From a bacterium (GTDB lineage Bacteria; Patescibacteriota; Minisyncoccia; Phycocordibacterales; UBA2100), in assembly GCA_009924895.1 (NCBI GenBank), contig RFQR01000007.1, positions 1 to 63,710 of the forward strand: a stretch of 63,710 nt of DNA. Reading direction: 5' to 3'. Shown here piece after piece: positions 1-10,100 of the stretch. The notes below the pieces were generated by a model, which was not told where the DNA came from, made no database searches, and was given only the letters and a program-made list of their open reading frames with translations. A program made the position numbers and the translations under genes. The first letter of the stretch is position 1; every line of letters starts with the position of its first letter.

Positions 1-581
1 GTTATGCCTCTGGGCTCTTACTGTTTTTGCGTCCAGGAGTGATTTGCAGGCGAGGGCTGGGGCTCCACGAGCACGCGGGGATGTCCGAGCGTGGTCAGGC
101 GGAGAAAAGTTTCGACGGAAAATTTTCGAGCGTTTGACCGAGTCCCTCCTGGCGTACAAACGACAGAACAACCTGCACTGCTGCAGGTTGTTTTGCGTTT
201 GGGCGAGCCGGCACCTTGTGAGTACGCAAGTGCACTTGGATTTTTATAGACGGAGTACCGTCTTAAAAATCTCGGCGAAGCCATGTTTTGCTAGCGACCA
301 ATTTTTCTTGCCGGTACTCCGGCTAAGAAAAAGGAAGTACTCTTGTGGTGCAAGCAAAACGGGCGAGGCAGGTAAGGGCACACTTATGCAAAGCTTCGTG
401 AAATTTTATGAGCGACGGCGAGTAAAATATTCCTGACCACCCATAAATGCCTGATAAATTATGCGTGACGGAATCCCTCCTGGCGCAAAATATTTTTATT
501 TCCCTACTTATAAATCATATTTTTTGCTACCCCTATTTGCTGGGTGCGTGAGACTTTTAATGTTGTGTGTAAAAATATCAT

Positions 582-610
582 TTTACACCACCTCACTTTC
601 ATGGTATAAA
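582..610 (+). promoter_or_regulatory. sigma70-like promoter TTTACA-N17-TATAAA
   Basis: Boxes and 17-nt spacer read directly; near-twin at 1142-1170. Confidence 0.6.
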
Positions 611-627
611 CCAGTCCAGTATCAATC

Positions 628-999
628 ATGGGGAATACGCAAATGACACTCGTGTACGCATTCTTCTCAGGCCTCAACACGCTCCGACTCGGAGTCGGAT
701 ACGTCTTCAAGGTGATTGGGATCCTCTGCTTCTTTGCAGTTTTCCTTATCATTTTCGCAATGATAGCTGCGGCGATTATTGACTTGTCCGCTCTTTACTA
801 TCGCGGCTCGAGCTTTGGTCTCTTCTCTCTGTTTTTGAGCAGAGCATACGGCGACCATGGTTCTCAGTTCGATGAAATCGTGAGTCTCATCTTCCTCATA
901 ATGGTTGCAGGTCTAGCAAGCTACGGAATCGGCTGGGTACTGCGCATCGGACAGAACGAGCAGGACTCAGAGGGATTCTGGGGACCGCATCATTACTGA
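628..999 (+). CDS. Hypothetical membrane protein (about 3 TM)
   Basis: ORF with hydrophobic segments, own promoter and terminator; start may be ATG at 643. Confidence 0.6.
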   Translation: MGNTQMTLVYAFFSGLNTLRLGVGYVFKVIGILCFFAVFLIIFAMIAAAIIDLSALYYRGSSFGLFSLFLSRAYGDHGSQFDEIVSLIFLIMVAGLASYGIGWVLRIGQNEQDSEGFWGPHHY

Positions 1000-1004
1000 T
1001 ATAT

Positions 1005-1032
1005 CACCACCGGCTCCGATGAGTCGGTGGTG
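1005..1032 (+). terminator. Hairpin terminator caccaccggctc-cgat-gagtcggtggtg
   Basis: 12-bp stem just after the 628-999 stop. Confidence 0.6.
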
Positions 1033-1141
1033 AATCTTTTATACTTTCTAAATCTAAAATAATAAATTCAAATTAAGCCTGTCATTCTCTTAGATGCCTA
1101 GTCAGACACTCGTCATACCTGAACTTGAAAACCGCAAAATA

Positions 1142-1170
1142 TTTACACTCTATAACTTTCATGGTATAAA
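1142..1170 (+). promoter_or_regulatory. sigma70-like promoter TTTACA-N17-TATAAA
   Basis: Shares actttcatggtataaac with the promoter at 582. Confidence 0.6.
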
Positions 1171-1205
1171 CAAACTTAGTAAAAACCACTCGAAGGGACA
1201 TCATC

Positions 1206-1601
1206 ATGCCTCAATTTATTCCACACGAGCTTCTGGCCCGTGTAGAATCGCTTCTCAGTGACCCATTTAAGTGGGTAACTGGTGTTTATGCCTGTGATAG
1301 TGGAGGCAATCCCTGTGAACCCACGAATATTACTGCTGCTAAGTTCAATCCTGTCGGTGCGCTTGTGCGCGTTACTCATGACCTTGGCATTCCCAATCCC
1401 GAAGAGCATATCATTCAATCTTCGGCATATTTTGAAAAGGTGACGGGGCTGACATTGGCAGGCTTTTGTGACACTGAGTCTCGTAAACAGTATTTGGCGG
1501 CGATGGATGTCTTCATAAAGCATTTAAAAACCTCAAAACGCCTTAAAAAGGAACCTCCGAATTACCCGCCGCGACGGGCAGTGTATCGTAAGGGCAAGTA
1601 A
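1206..1601 (+). CDS. Hypothetical protein, DUF6197-like
   Basis: W-x-x-G-x-Y-A-x-D-x-x-G...A-x-K-F-x-x-x-GAL pattern recalled from DUF6197-type proteins. Confidence 0.5.
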   Translation: MPQFIPHELLARVESLLSDPFKWVTGVYACDSGGNPCEPTNITAAKFNPVGALVRVTHDLGIPNPEEHIIQSSAYFEKVTGLTLAGFCDTESRKQYLAAMDVFIKHLKTSKRLKKEPPNYPPRRAVYRKGK

Positions 1602-1620
1602 ATGTGCTCGCTATGTAGCC

Positions 1621-1648
1621 TGGACCGCCTCTCAAGAAAGGCGGTCCA
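1621..1648 (+). terminator. Hairpin terminator tggaccgcct-N8-aggcggtcca
   Basis: Perfect 10-bp stem followed by tcttt. Confidence 0.6.
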
Positions 1649-1700
1649 TCTTTGTTACAAAATGCCGAGTTTGGACCGATTCATGATGTATAATTCAGCT

Positions 1701-2087
1701 ATGCAAAAACTGCTTGCCTTTCTTGCTGCGGGAAGCTTGTACACGGTGCCGCTTCTGCTCTTTGCACAGCAGCAAAAAGCTATTGTGCCCTGTGATGGAG
1801 TGCAGTGCACGTGCAACGATCTTGGGCAACTAGCCAGTAACATCATGACTTGGATGCTCTACACGATGGTCTTTATTTCCGCAGGTACATTTTCATATGC
1901 TGGCTTTAAGTACCTGACCTCCGGTATGGTTGGGGAAGCTGCACAGGTTGAGAGCGCAAAGAAAATGCTCAAAAATGTTGCCAAAGGGCTTGTTCTTGCC
2001 CTGCTTGCATGGCTTATCGTCGACACGACAATAAGCACGCTCGGCAACTCAAAGCTAAACGATATGTGGATCAAGATTTGCAGTTGA
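1701..2087 (+). CDS. CPR-type pilin (TrbC/VirB2-like)
   Basis: Signal peptide, IVPCDG..C, two TM helices, GFKYLTS..G...AKK.L motif; start reassigned to ATG 1701, 6 nt after TATAAT. Confidence 0.75.
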   Translation: MQKLLAFLAAGSLYTVPLLLFAQQQKAIVPCDGVQCTCNDLGQLASNIMTWMLYTMVFISAGTFSYAGFKYLTSGMVGEAAQVESAKKMLKNVAKGLVLALLAWLIVDTTISTLGNSKLNDMWIKICS

Positions 2088-2116
2088 CGGATACATAGGG
2101 TATAGTTCTGCACGTT

Positions 2117-2275
2117 ATGTCTCAAGAACAACTCATCAAATTGGCCTGCAACAAGTGCAAGCGCATCAACTATTGGTCACGGAAGAACAAGAAGCTTGTG
2201 ACTCGTAAAATCGATCTCAAAAAGTACTGCCGCTGGTGCAAAGCTCACACCAAGCATGTGGAGGCAAAAAAATAA
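2117..2275 (+). CDS. rpmG: 50S ribosomal protein L33, zinc-binding type
   Basis: Manual translation MSQEQLIKLACNKCKRINYWSRKNKK...LKKYCRWCKAHTKHVEAKK; below the ORF-track cutoff. Confidence 0.95.
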   Translation: MSQEQLIKLACNKCKRINYWSRKNKKLVTRKIDLKKYCRWCKAHTKHVEAKK

Positions 2276-2367
2276 TTTCATTTTTCACTTAGTTTTCGCT
2301 TGTAGTAAGCCGAAAAATAAGGGTTGCTTGGTACTCACTGTAAAACCCGTGTATACTTCTCCGACAC

Positions 2368-2438
2368 GGGCGATTAGTTAAATGGTATAACTGCGGTCTC
2401 CAAAACCGCCGTCGTAGGTTCGATTCCTACATCGCCCG
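2368..2438 (+). tRNA. tRNA-Trp (CCA)
   Basis: Cloverleaf: acceptor GGGCGAT/ATCGCCC, anticodon loop CTCCAAA, T-loop TTCGATT. Confidence 0.95.
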
Positions 2439-2540
2439 CATCGTACAGTGCGTCATTACGAACAGTTTTGGAAGTTAAAAATGGCCCTGGAGGTAGTAAA
2501 ATCCCCAGGGCCACCGGCTCAGTAACGAGCCGTCTCACAC

Positions 2541-3191
2541 TTATGCGCCGACTGGATACTCAGGATCGTCCTTGCAAATATTGCGAGGAGATTTCCGTTG
2601 AGGACGGTCAGGTTTCGCAGAAGTGTCGACGTCAGGAAGCGACGGACGCTCAGCTCTTGCGGCTGGATTCCTGCCGACCTCATTCTGGAGATACGCAATA
2701 TCAATGAACTGATCCGCAGCGCGGCGCAGTTCGTCAGCGACCATGACTGGGTTTGTCTGTAGAGTCGAGACGACGCTCACGCGTTTTCCCTTTCCCATCA
2801 GCGCCAGTACAAGGGCTTTGAAATCACCGTCACCGGTGAAGAGCACGATGTGGTCGACGTTCTCGGCGAGACGCATTGCGTCCACCGCGAGTTCGATGTC
2901 CATATTGCCTTTCACTTTTTTCCTTCCAAAGGAGTCGGAGAACTCCTTTGTTGGCTTGGTGACGATGGTGTAGCCATTGTAGTCGAGCCAGTCGATCAGA
3001 GGACGAATTGATGAGTACTCCTGGTCCTGGGCAAGCGCCGTGTAGTAGTACGCTCGCACGAGGTGTCCCCTCTTTCGAAAGTACGTCAGAAGACTCTTGT
3101 AGTCGATATCGAACCCGAGGGCCTTGGCTGTCGTGTAGAGACTTACCCCGTCAATGAAGAGGGCAATCCTCTCGTCGTCGCGGAAGTACAT
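2541..3191 (-). CDS. NYN domain protein (LabA/DUF88)
   Basis: FIDG, KGNMDIELAVD, LFTGDGDF motifs; SD AGGAG at 3200-3204. Confidence 0.92.
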   Translation of the reverse strand: MYFRDDERIALFIDGVSLYTTAKALGFDIDYKSLLTYFRKRGHLVRAYYYTALAQDQEYSSIRPLIDWLDYNGYTIVTKPTKEFSDSFGRKKVKGNMDIELAVDAMRLAENVDHIVLFTGDGDFKALVLALMGKGKRVSVVSTLQTNPVMVADELRRAADQFIDIAYLQNEVGRNPAARAERPSLPDVDTSAKPDRPQRKSPRNICKDDPEYPVGA

Positions 3192-3348
3192 GCGACTTTC
3201 TCCTGTTTGCGGCTAACGCCGCGTTAGGTACCGAGGAAATCTCGGAACCAAGTGCATTATGCATTGAAATACGTATATGTCAATCGTAATTTTAGGAATA
3301 TACACATTCAGGCGTACAGCCAAAAAGTCTACCGTACAGTGATATACT

Positions 3349-3714
3349 GTGTCGGTGATATATCAAACGATAGTACTGCTTCATATTGCGGGTGCACTTG
3401 CGTCAGGTACCGTGGGTGCATGGTCGCTTGTTACGGTAGCGAAGCGACTTTCGCACTTCTTCCAACTCCAGGCACACCTCCTTGCGGCTCTTGCAACATT
3501 TGAGATACTCACCGGTACTACTCTTGCAGTCCTTTCACCGCAGATGACGGCACAATCGCTCTGCGCCAACATCGCACTGTATCTTTTTGCAGTAGCATTT
3601 TTAGAAGCGCTTTTACTCCAGCGTACGGTCGGCAGCGTTCAGAACACTCGTGTGCTCGCGCCGGTTGCTTTCAGTTGCATAGTCTTTATCGTCGTTCTTT
3701 CAGCTGGTCTGTAG
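3349..3714 (+). CDS. Hypothetical membrane protein (4 TM)
   Basis: Hydrophobic ORF 3 nt upstream of the NRAMP gene. Confidence 0.65.
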   Translation: MSVIYQTIVLLHIAGALASGTVGAWSLVTVAKRLSHFFQLQAHLLAALATFEILTGTTLAVLSPQMTAQSLCANIALYLFAVAFLEALLLQRTVGSVQNTRVLAPVAFSCIVFIVVLSAGL

Positions 3715-3717
3715 CAT

Positions 3718-5091
3718 ATGAAGGCGCAGGATATTGTCGAAGACTTTTTTAAAGCACCGGCAATTGTCCTCGAAGAAGGCGTCGAGCTGGGTGAAAAAAT
3801 TCAGGACGAGCTGGTGAGTAAACTACCTCTGAAGCAAGCAGAAGAGTATGTAAATACCCTTGGCCCCGGCCTTATAACGGGTGCGGCAGATGATGACCCG
3901 TCTGGAATTGCAACGTATTCTCAAGCGGGCGCACAGTACGGGTTTCAGCTCCTTTGGCTTGCGCTTTTTACCTTTCCCCTTATGGCTGTCGTACAGGAGA
4001 TGTGCGCACGCCTCGCGCTTGTTACGGGGCAGGGACTCGCCGCGAACATTCGCGAGCGTTATCCGCACGGGGTATTGATTCTCTGCACAACGCTTCTCTT
4101 TGCAGTGAACACATTCAACCTGGGTGCTGATCTGGGTGCAATGGCAAAAGCGATGCAGCTCTTGTTTCCGTCGCTTGATTTTACGTTTCTCGTTGTAAGC
4201 TTTGCCCTTGTCTCTCTCATGCTGCAAGTCTTTACGACGTATGCACGCTATGCACGATATCTGAAATACTGCACGTTGGCGTTGCTTTCGTATGTTGCTG
4301 CGGCGTTTGTTGTTCAGATAGATTGGACAGCCGTCGCTCGGTATACACTCGTTCCGTCGATAACCTTTTCGACTAACCAAATACTTTTGATATGCGCAGT
4401 ACTCGGCACCACCATTTCGCCCTATCTTTTTTTCTGGCAAACAGCACAGGAGGTCGAAGAGGAGATACTGCAGGGTAAAAATACGCTTGAGTTGCGACAG
4501 GGCACGAGTGACATTGAGATAAAGCGTATGCGCATCGATGTCTGGAGCGGCATGTTTTTCTCGAACCTTGTCATGTTTTTTATCATTGCAGTGTGTGGCG
4601 CGACACTCTACGTTCATGGCATCACCACAATTACGAGCGCCGATGAGGCGGCCGCTGCGCTGCGCCCGCTTGCTGGAGAGTTTGCATATCTCTTGTTTGC
4701 TCTTGGCATCATCGGCACCGGCATGCTTGCGGTGCCGGTTTTAGCAGGCTCCACATCGTATGCTCTTTCAGAAAGTTTCGCATGGGATATGGGGCTGTAC
4801 CGAAAACTGAACGAAGCATATGCGTTTTATGGCGTCATCATCGTCTCTATGCTTCTTGGTATTGCATTCAATGTGATCGGAATAGATCCAATTAAAGCTC
4901 TGATCTACTCTGCAATCGGCAATGGGCTTATTGCGCCGGTTCTACTCTTTTTTGTGGTGCGCCTCAGTAGCGATGCGTCAATTATGGGGGAGCTCATAAA
5001 TACGCGCCTCATTACACTTCTCGGATGGAGTACCGTTGTGCTTATGGCACTCTCTGGCAGCGCCGCTATCGTGGCGCTGTGTGTATCGTAA
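3718..5091 (+). CDS. NRAMP-family divalent metal transporter
   Basis: GPGLITGAADDDPSGIATYSQAGA and LGTTISPYLFFWQ motifs. Confidence 0.93.
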   Translation: MKAQDIVEDFFKAPAIVLEEGVELGEKIQDELVSKLPLKQAEEYVNTLGPGLITGAADDDPSGIATYSQAGAQYGFQLLWLALFTFPLMAVVQEMCARLALVTGQGLAANIRERYPHGVLILCTTLLFAVNTFNLGADLGAMAKAMQLLFPSLDFTFLVVSFALVSLMLQVFTTYARYARYLKYCTLALLSYVAAAFVVQIDWTAVARYTLVPSITFSTNQILLICAVLGTTISPYLFFWQTAQEVEEEILQGKNTLELRQGTSDIEIKRMRIDVWSGMFFSNLVMFFIIAVCGATLYVHGITTITSADEAAAALRPLAGEFAYLLFALGIIGTGMLAVPVLAGSTSYALSESFAWDMGLYRKLNEAYAFYGVIIVSMLLGIAFNVIGIDPIKALIYSAIGNGLIAPVLLFFVVRLSSDASIMGELINTRLITLLGWSTVVLMALSGSAAIVALCVS

Positions 5092-5138
5092 GACACTTAG
5101 CTTGCTAAGTGTAGAAAAATTTAGTATACTTCTCGCTG

Positions 5139-5597
5139 ATGAAAGCACTGCCAGAGAGCGCACGTATGGAGCGATTTCTTGTGTATGAGCTCCATATGCT
5201 CTACCACTTGCTCAGTAAGCATCTTGAAAAACGCTTTGCGCGCGATGCAGAACTTTCATTTTCGCAGTTTTGGATTGTCCACTGCCTCTGTTCGTGCGCG
5301 CACGATGCGCGTCACTCACAGAACGATATTGCCCGCATGCTCTTTGTTACCGAAGCCACGATAAGCAGACACCTTGATACGTTGGTGCGACGCGGCATTC
5401 TGAAGCGGTCGGTAGAAAAACAAAATAAGCGCAAGCATGACATCCGTATCACAGAAAAAGGTGAGAAGTGGTACCAGAAAGCGCAGCAGATTCTTGATGA
5501 TGAGCTGCGGAATATTTTTTCCCCACTTCAGATGTCGGAGCGCCAGCCACTCCTTATGACGTTACAAACTATTACTAATACTATCCATACGATATGA
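5139..5597 (+). CDS. MarR-family regulator
   Basis: Winged HTH (QNDIARMLFVTEATISRHLDTL...ITEKG), heading an RND operon. Confidence 0.9.
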   Translation: MKALPESARMERFLVYELHMLYHLLSKHLEKRFARDAELSFSQFWIVHCLCSCAHDARHSQNDIARMLFVTEATISRHLDTLVRRGILKRSVEKQNKRKHDIRITEKGEKWYQKAQQILDDELRNIFSPLQMSERQPLLMTLQTITNTIHTI

Positions 5598-7198
5598 ACA
5601 TTGTTCGCTCGTTTACCCGCCGCAGCATCGAATTTGTACAAAGCACTCTTCAGTGGTTTTTGAGTCTGAGCCGCCTCAAGCAAGGAGGTGCCGTGGCGCT
5701 TGTGCTTACCGCTCTTGTCTCGGCCTCACATCTTCTTGGTGGTGAGAAAAAAGAAGTGGTAGTCTCTGACGCTGTTCGTGCGGTCGAGGTAGTAAATGTA
5801 GGCGATCTTTCAAGCGCATCCGTCCCGCTCTCCCTTGTCGGGCTCGTTTCTTCTGTTACCGAAGCAACCATTCGTGCTGAAAGCGGTGGTGCCGTAACTG
5901 CGCTCTACAAAAAGCTTGGCGATACGGTGGGAGCAGGCCAAATCGTTGGCACTTTTGAAAACGCATCGGAACGCGCCGCTCTTCAGCAAGCGGAAGGCGC
6001 CTATGAGCAGGCAAAAACAGCGCGTGATATTGCAAAGGTTAATAACACGAGTACGGGCGATTCGCTCGGTGATGTAAAGCAAGGAGCACTCACCGCAATT
6101 GCAAGTGCTTATGTGGCGATGGACGATGCAATTCGCGCAAAAACGGATGCAGCAATTAGTAATCCACGCACTAGTCGGCCGATGGTCAACGCGCTTCTTA
6201 CAGACCAGAGTCTCAAATTTAAAATTGAGTCAGCACGAGTTGTACTTGAAGATGTGCTTAAAAATCGGGAGGCGCGCAATCGAGCGCTCTCCGTCTCGGG
6301 CGATCTCGATTCCGAGCTCTCGACGGTTTTGACTGAACTCAATCAAGTAAAGTTTTATCTCGATGATTTTGCAAAAGCGTATGCAGGCGCCATTTCAAAC
6401 GAAGTGATTTCACAAGCACAGATTGAAACACAAAAGGCAACGATTGGTGGCGCGCGTGGCTCAATCATTACTACTATTTCAAGCGTGACTGCCGCGCGGC
6501 AGTCGCTTCGTGCAGGGGAAACGAGTAACACGATTGCAAACGGCGGCGCTACGAGCCTCAGTGACGCATCAAACGATGCTGCGGTTAAAATTGCATACGG
6601 TGCATACAATGCGGCGCTTGCACGGTATGAAAAAACGGTGATTCGCAGCCCAATTTACGGGACCATTAATTCGCTTTCAATCAAACGCGGCGACTATGCC
6701 ACACCAGGACAAATGGTTGCGGTCATATCGAACAACCGGGCGCTTGAAGTTGTGACTACGATTTCAGAACAGGATGCGCGTCGTGTAACCGTTGGCGCGG
6801 CTGCGACCCTCGACGGCACCATTCCCGGTATTGTTACGCGCGTTGCGCCCGCGCTTGACCCTCTGACTAAAAAGATTGAGGTGAAAATCGGTATCAGCGA
6901 TACGAATAGCGGTCTCGTAAACGGCCAATCAGTCAGTATTACTATCGGAGGCGCGAAGAAGAAACCGATAAAAACAGCGGGGCCAATAAAAATACCGCTC
7001 TCAGCGGTGAAAATCACACCGCAAGGTTCGTATGTCTTTACGGTTGATGCGGCAGAGAAACTTGTTTCTCAAGCGGTGACTACCGGAGAAATCATCGGCG
7101 AGGACATTCAAATCGTAAACGGTATTACCGCCGATACAAACATTGTAAAAGACGCACGCGGTCTCAAAGAAGACATGACGGTTACTACCACTAATTAA
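5594..7198 (+). CDS. RND efflux periplasmic adaptor
   Basis: N-terminal anchor, lipoyl halves, long coiled coil, IRSPIYGTI. Confidence 0.88.
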   Translation: MNIVRSFTRRSIEFVQSTLQWFLSLSRLKQGGAVALVLTALVSASHLLGGEKKEVVVSDAVRAVEVVNVGDLSSASVPLSLVGLVSSVTEATIRAESGGAVTALYKKLGDTVGAGQIVGTFENASERAALQQAEGAYEQAKTARDIAKVNNTSTGDSLGDVKQGALTAIASAYVAMDDAIRAKTDAAISNPRTSRPMVNALLTDQSLKFKIESARVVLEDVLKNREARNRALSVSGDLDSELSTVLTELNQVKFYLDDFAKAYAGAISNEVISQAQIETQKATIGGARGSIITTISSVTAARQSLRAGETSNTIANGGATSLSDASNDAAVKIAYGAYNAALARYEKTVIRSPIYGTINSLSIKRGDYATPGQMVAVISNNRALEVVTTISEQDARRVTVGAAATLDGTIPGIVTRVAPALDPLTKKIEVKIGISDTNSGLVNGQSVSITIGGAKKKPIKTAGPIKIPLSAVKITPQGSYVFTVDAAEKLVSQAVTTGEIIGEDIQIVNGITADTNIVKDARGLKEDMTVTTTN

Positions 7199-7199
7199 T

Positions 7200-10100
7200 A
7201 TGCGCCCACTCTGGATTTTCTTTCTTGAACGAAAGTCGTTCACCTACCTCTTGATGATCTCGCTTGTTGCAGCGGGTCTTTTGAGCACCTACCTCATTCC
7301 AAAAGAATCAGCGCCCGAGGTTATTGTTCCTGTCGGAGTCGTGAGTACGACCTTGCGCGGGAGCTCGGCTGAGGATGTCGAAAAGCTCGTGACGAACAAG
7401 CTTGAACAGGAGATTGCGAATGTTGAGAATATCGACAAGATAACGTCGTCGTCAATGGACGGTATGTCAGTTATTTCTGCACAATTTTTCGCGAGCGCAA
7501 ATGTTGACAAGTCAATCCAGGACCTGAAAGACGCTATCGATAAAGTCCAGTCGGAATTACCCGAAGAGGCTGACAAGCCAGTAGTGTCGAAAGTGAATTT
7601 TGCTGATCAGCCGTCTCTTATCGTTTCTATTTCAAAAGACCTTACGCCGCGCGAGCTCACACAACTGAGTGATGATTTGAAACGTGAGCTCAAGAAAGTG
7701 AAAGGGGTGTCAAAAGTAGAGGTTTCGGGTATTCGTAAACGAGAAGTCCAGGTGGTGGTACAGAAAGAAAAGTTACTGCAGTACGGCATCAGCCTTAATC
7801 AAGTCGTTGGAGCACTTCAGAGTGCAAACACGTCGCTCCCGATTGGGAAAATCACGGTAGGGCCAGTTGATTATCCGATTAAGTTTTCGGGATCAATCGA
7901 GGAGGGAAGTGAGGTTTCTGATGTGAGTTTTGCAACTGATTCAGGTACGGTTGTGTATGTGCGCGATATAGCGCGCGTTTCTGATGGACTGGAGAACCCG
8001 ACGACCTATTCCCGCGTATCGGTCGCTGGAGAGCCAAGTCAGAACTCGTTTACGCTTTTTGTATTTAAAAAGAGCGGCGGGGACGTGACGGAAATCAGCA
8101 ATCGAGTAAAGACTCGAATCGACGAACTCAAGTCCTCGCTCCTGCGCGATGCGCAGGTTGCCGTCTCGATTGATAACGGAAAGCAGGTACGAAAAGACTT
8201 GAGTGAGTTGGTGCAAGCCGGGATTGAAACCGTCATACTGGTAATGCTTGTCCTTTTTCTCACCATAGGCTGGCGTGAAAGTCTTGTTGCGGGCCTCTCA
8301 ATACCGCTCTCTTTTGTTATTGCATTTATTGGACTGTACTATTCGGGGAATACTATTAACTTCGTGTCGTTGTTCTCACTCATTCTTGCAATCGGTATTT
8401 TAGTCGATGCGGGGATTGTAGTTGCTGAGGCGATTCATACGCGGCTCAATAAACTTGGTAATGTGCACGATGCCGCAGTACAATCAATTAACGAATACGC
8501 ATGGCCCCTTATTGCTGGCACCATGACAACCGTTGCCGTCTTTTTCCCGCTCTTTTTCCTCTCCGGCATCACGGGTAAATTCATCCAATCTATTCCGTTC
8601 ACCATTATCTTCGTACTCGTAGCCTCTATTGTCGTCGCTCTCGGTATGGTACCTGTTCTTGCGACAATTCTTACCCGCAAAGAAGCGAAATACAATCGGT
8701 TTACTGAATTGCAGGAAGAGTATTTCCACAAAGTGCAGACGTGGTATAAGTCGTTTTTGAGTGTAATGCTTGAAAGTCGGGCATTGCAACGTAATCTCTT
8801 TATCGGGCTCGCACTGTCATTTATAGGCTCCATCATGCTTCTCGTAGGAGGCTTTATAAAAGTGGAACTCTTTCCGCAGGACAATCAAAACTTTGTGGTC
8901 GTCAGCATCGAGAAGCCTGAAGGTACGCCGCTCGCGTACACCGATCTCGTGACGCGACAAGTCGAAGAGGTCTTGTATGCGCAGCCCTATGTTGAATCGT
9001 TTGTAACGACTGTGGGTGAATCGTCGGGTCTTTTAGATAACAGCGCCGGGGGCAAAAATACGAAATACGCGAACATAACTGTCATTCTCAAAGAGGATCG
9101 AGGCTCGCTTACCTCAACGGATGTGGTGGGCAAGTTGCGCGGTGAGCTTTCCGGTATAAAAGGTGGCGTGATTAAAGTGGGACAAGGCAACAATGGCCCG
9201 CCAAGCGGCAAGCCAGTGCTGATTCAATTCAAGGGAGATGATTTAGAGCAGCTTGCGCTCATTGCTGATAAAGCTGAAAAGATATTGCAGGAAATAAAAG
9301 GTGCAGCAGAAGTAGAAACGTCACTGCGTGACGATGGCACTCAATTTGAACTGGTGATTGACCGCGCCAAGGCTGCACAAGCCGGCATCTCAACTGCAGC
9401 GGTAGCTCAGACGTTGCGTACTGCTGTTTCTGGCGCTGTAGCGACTCGTATCAAAAAACAGGATGACGACATTGATATATTAGTTCGCGTAGGCCTTAAT
9501 CCCTCTTCATCACGCCTAGAAGAGGTGACAAAAACAACGCTCGACAGTATTTCTAATCTACAAATCCCTTCATCGCGTGGTCCCGTGCTTCTCGGAACGC
9601 TCTTGGATACCAAAGTCTCCGAAAGCCGTTCGGTCATTAAGCATGATAAGCAAAAGCGTGTCGTCTCTGTCAGCAGTGAGCTCAAAGATGGCGCAACGGC
9701 AACAGAAGTAGTGAATGTATTTTCAAAGCGTGAAAAAGAATTAGACGCTCCTTCTTCGGTACAAATAGTCTATGGCGGTGAGACTGAGGAGATTGATAAC
9801 ACATTCCGCGACATGCTTCTTGCGCTTATTGCTGGCATGGTTCTCATGCTCGCAATTCTTGTGCTGGAGTTTAATTCGTTCCGCTACTCATTTTATCTCT
9901 TAGGTACAATCCCGCTTTCCTTGATCGGCGTCTTGGTTGGACTCTTTGTGATGGGTAAAGCGTTTTCTTTCTCGGCGATGCTGGGCCTCGTTGCGCTTGC
10001 CGGCGTTATCATCAATCATGCGATTATCTTACTTGATTCGATGATTCATCGCCTCGATGCAGAAAAAGAAAAAGGGAACAAGAACGTGCTGTTCTCGGTC

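Noticed and set aside
1-460. ORFs 44-436 (+) and 18-284 (-), hairpin at 168-191
   Set aside because: No recognisable motif in any frame and the window edge removes context; left unassigned.
3205-3222. attC-like ctaac-gccgc-gttaggt
   Set aside because: Far too short for an attC site, R'' box imperfect, no integron integrase in the window.
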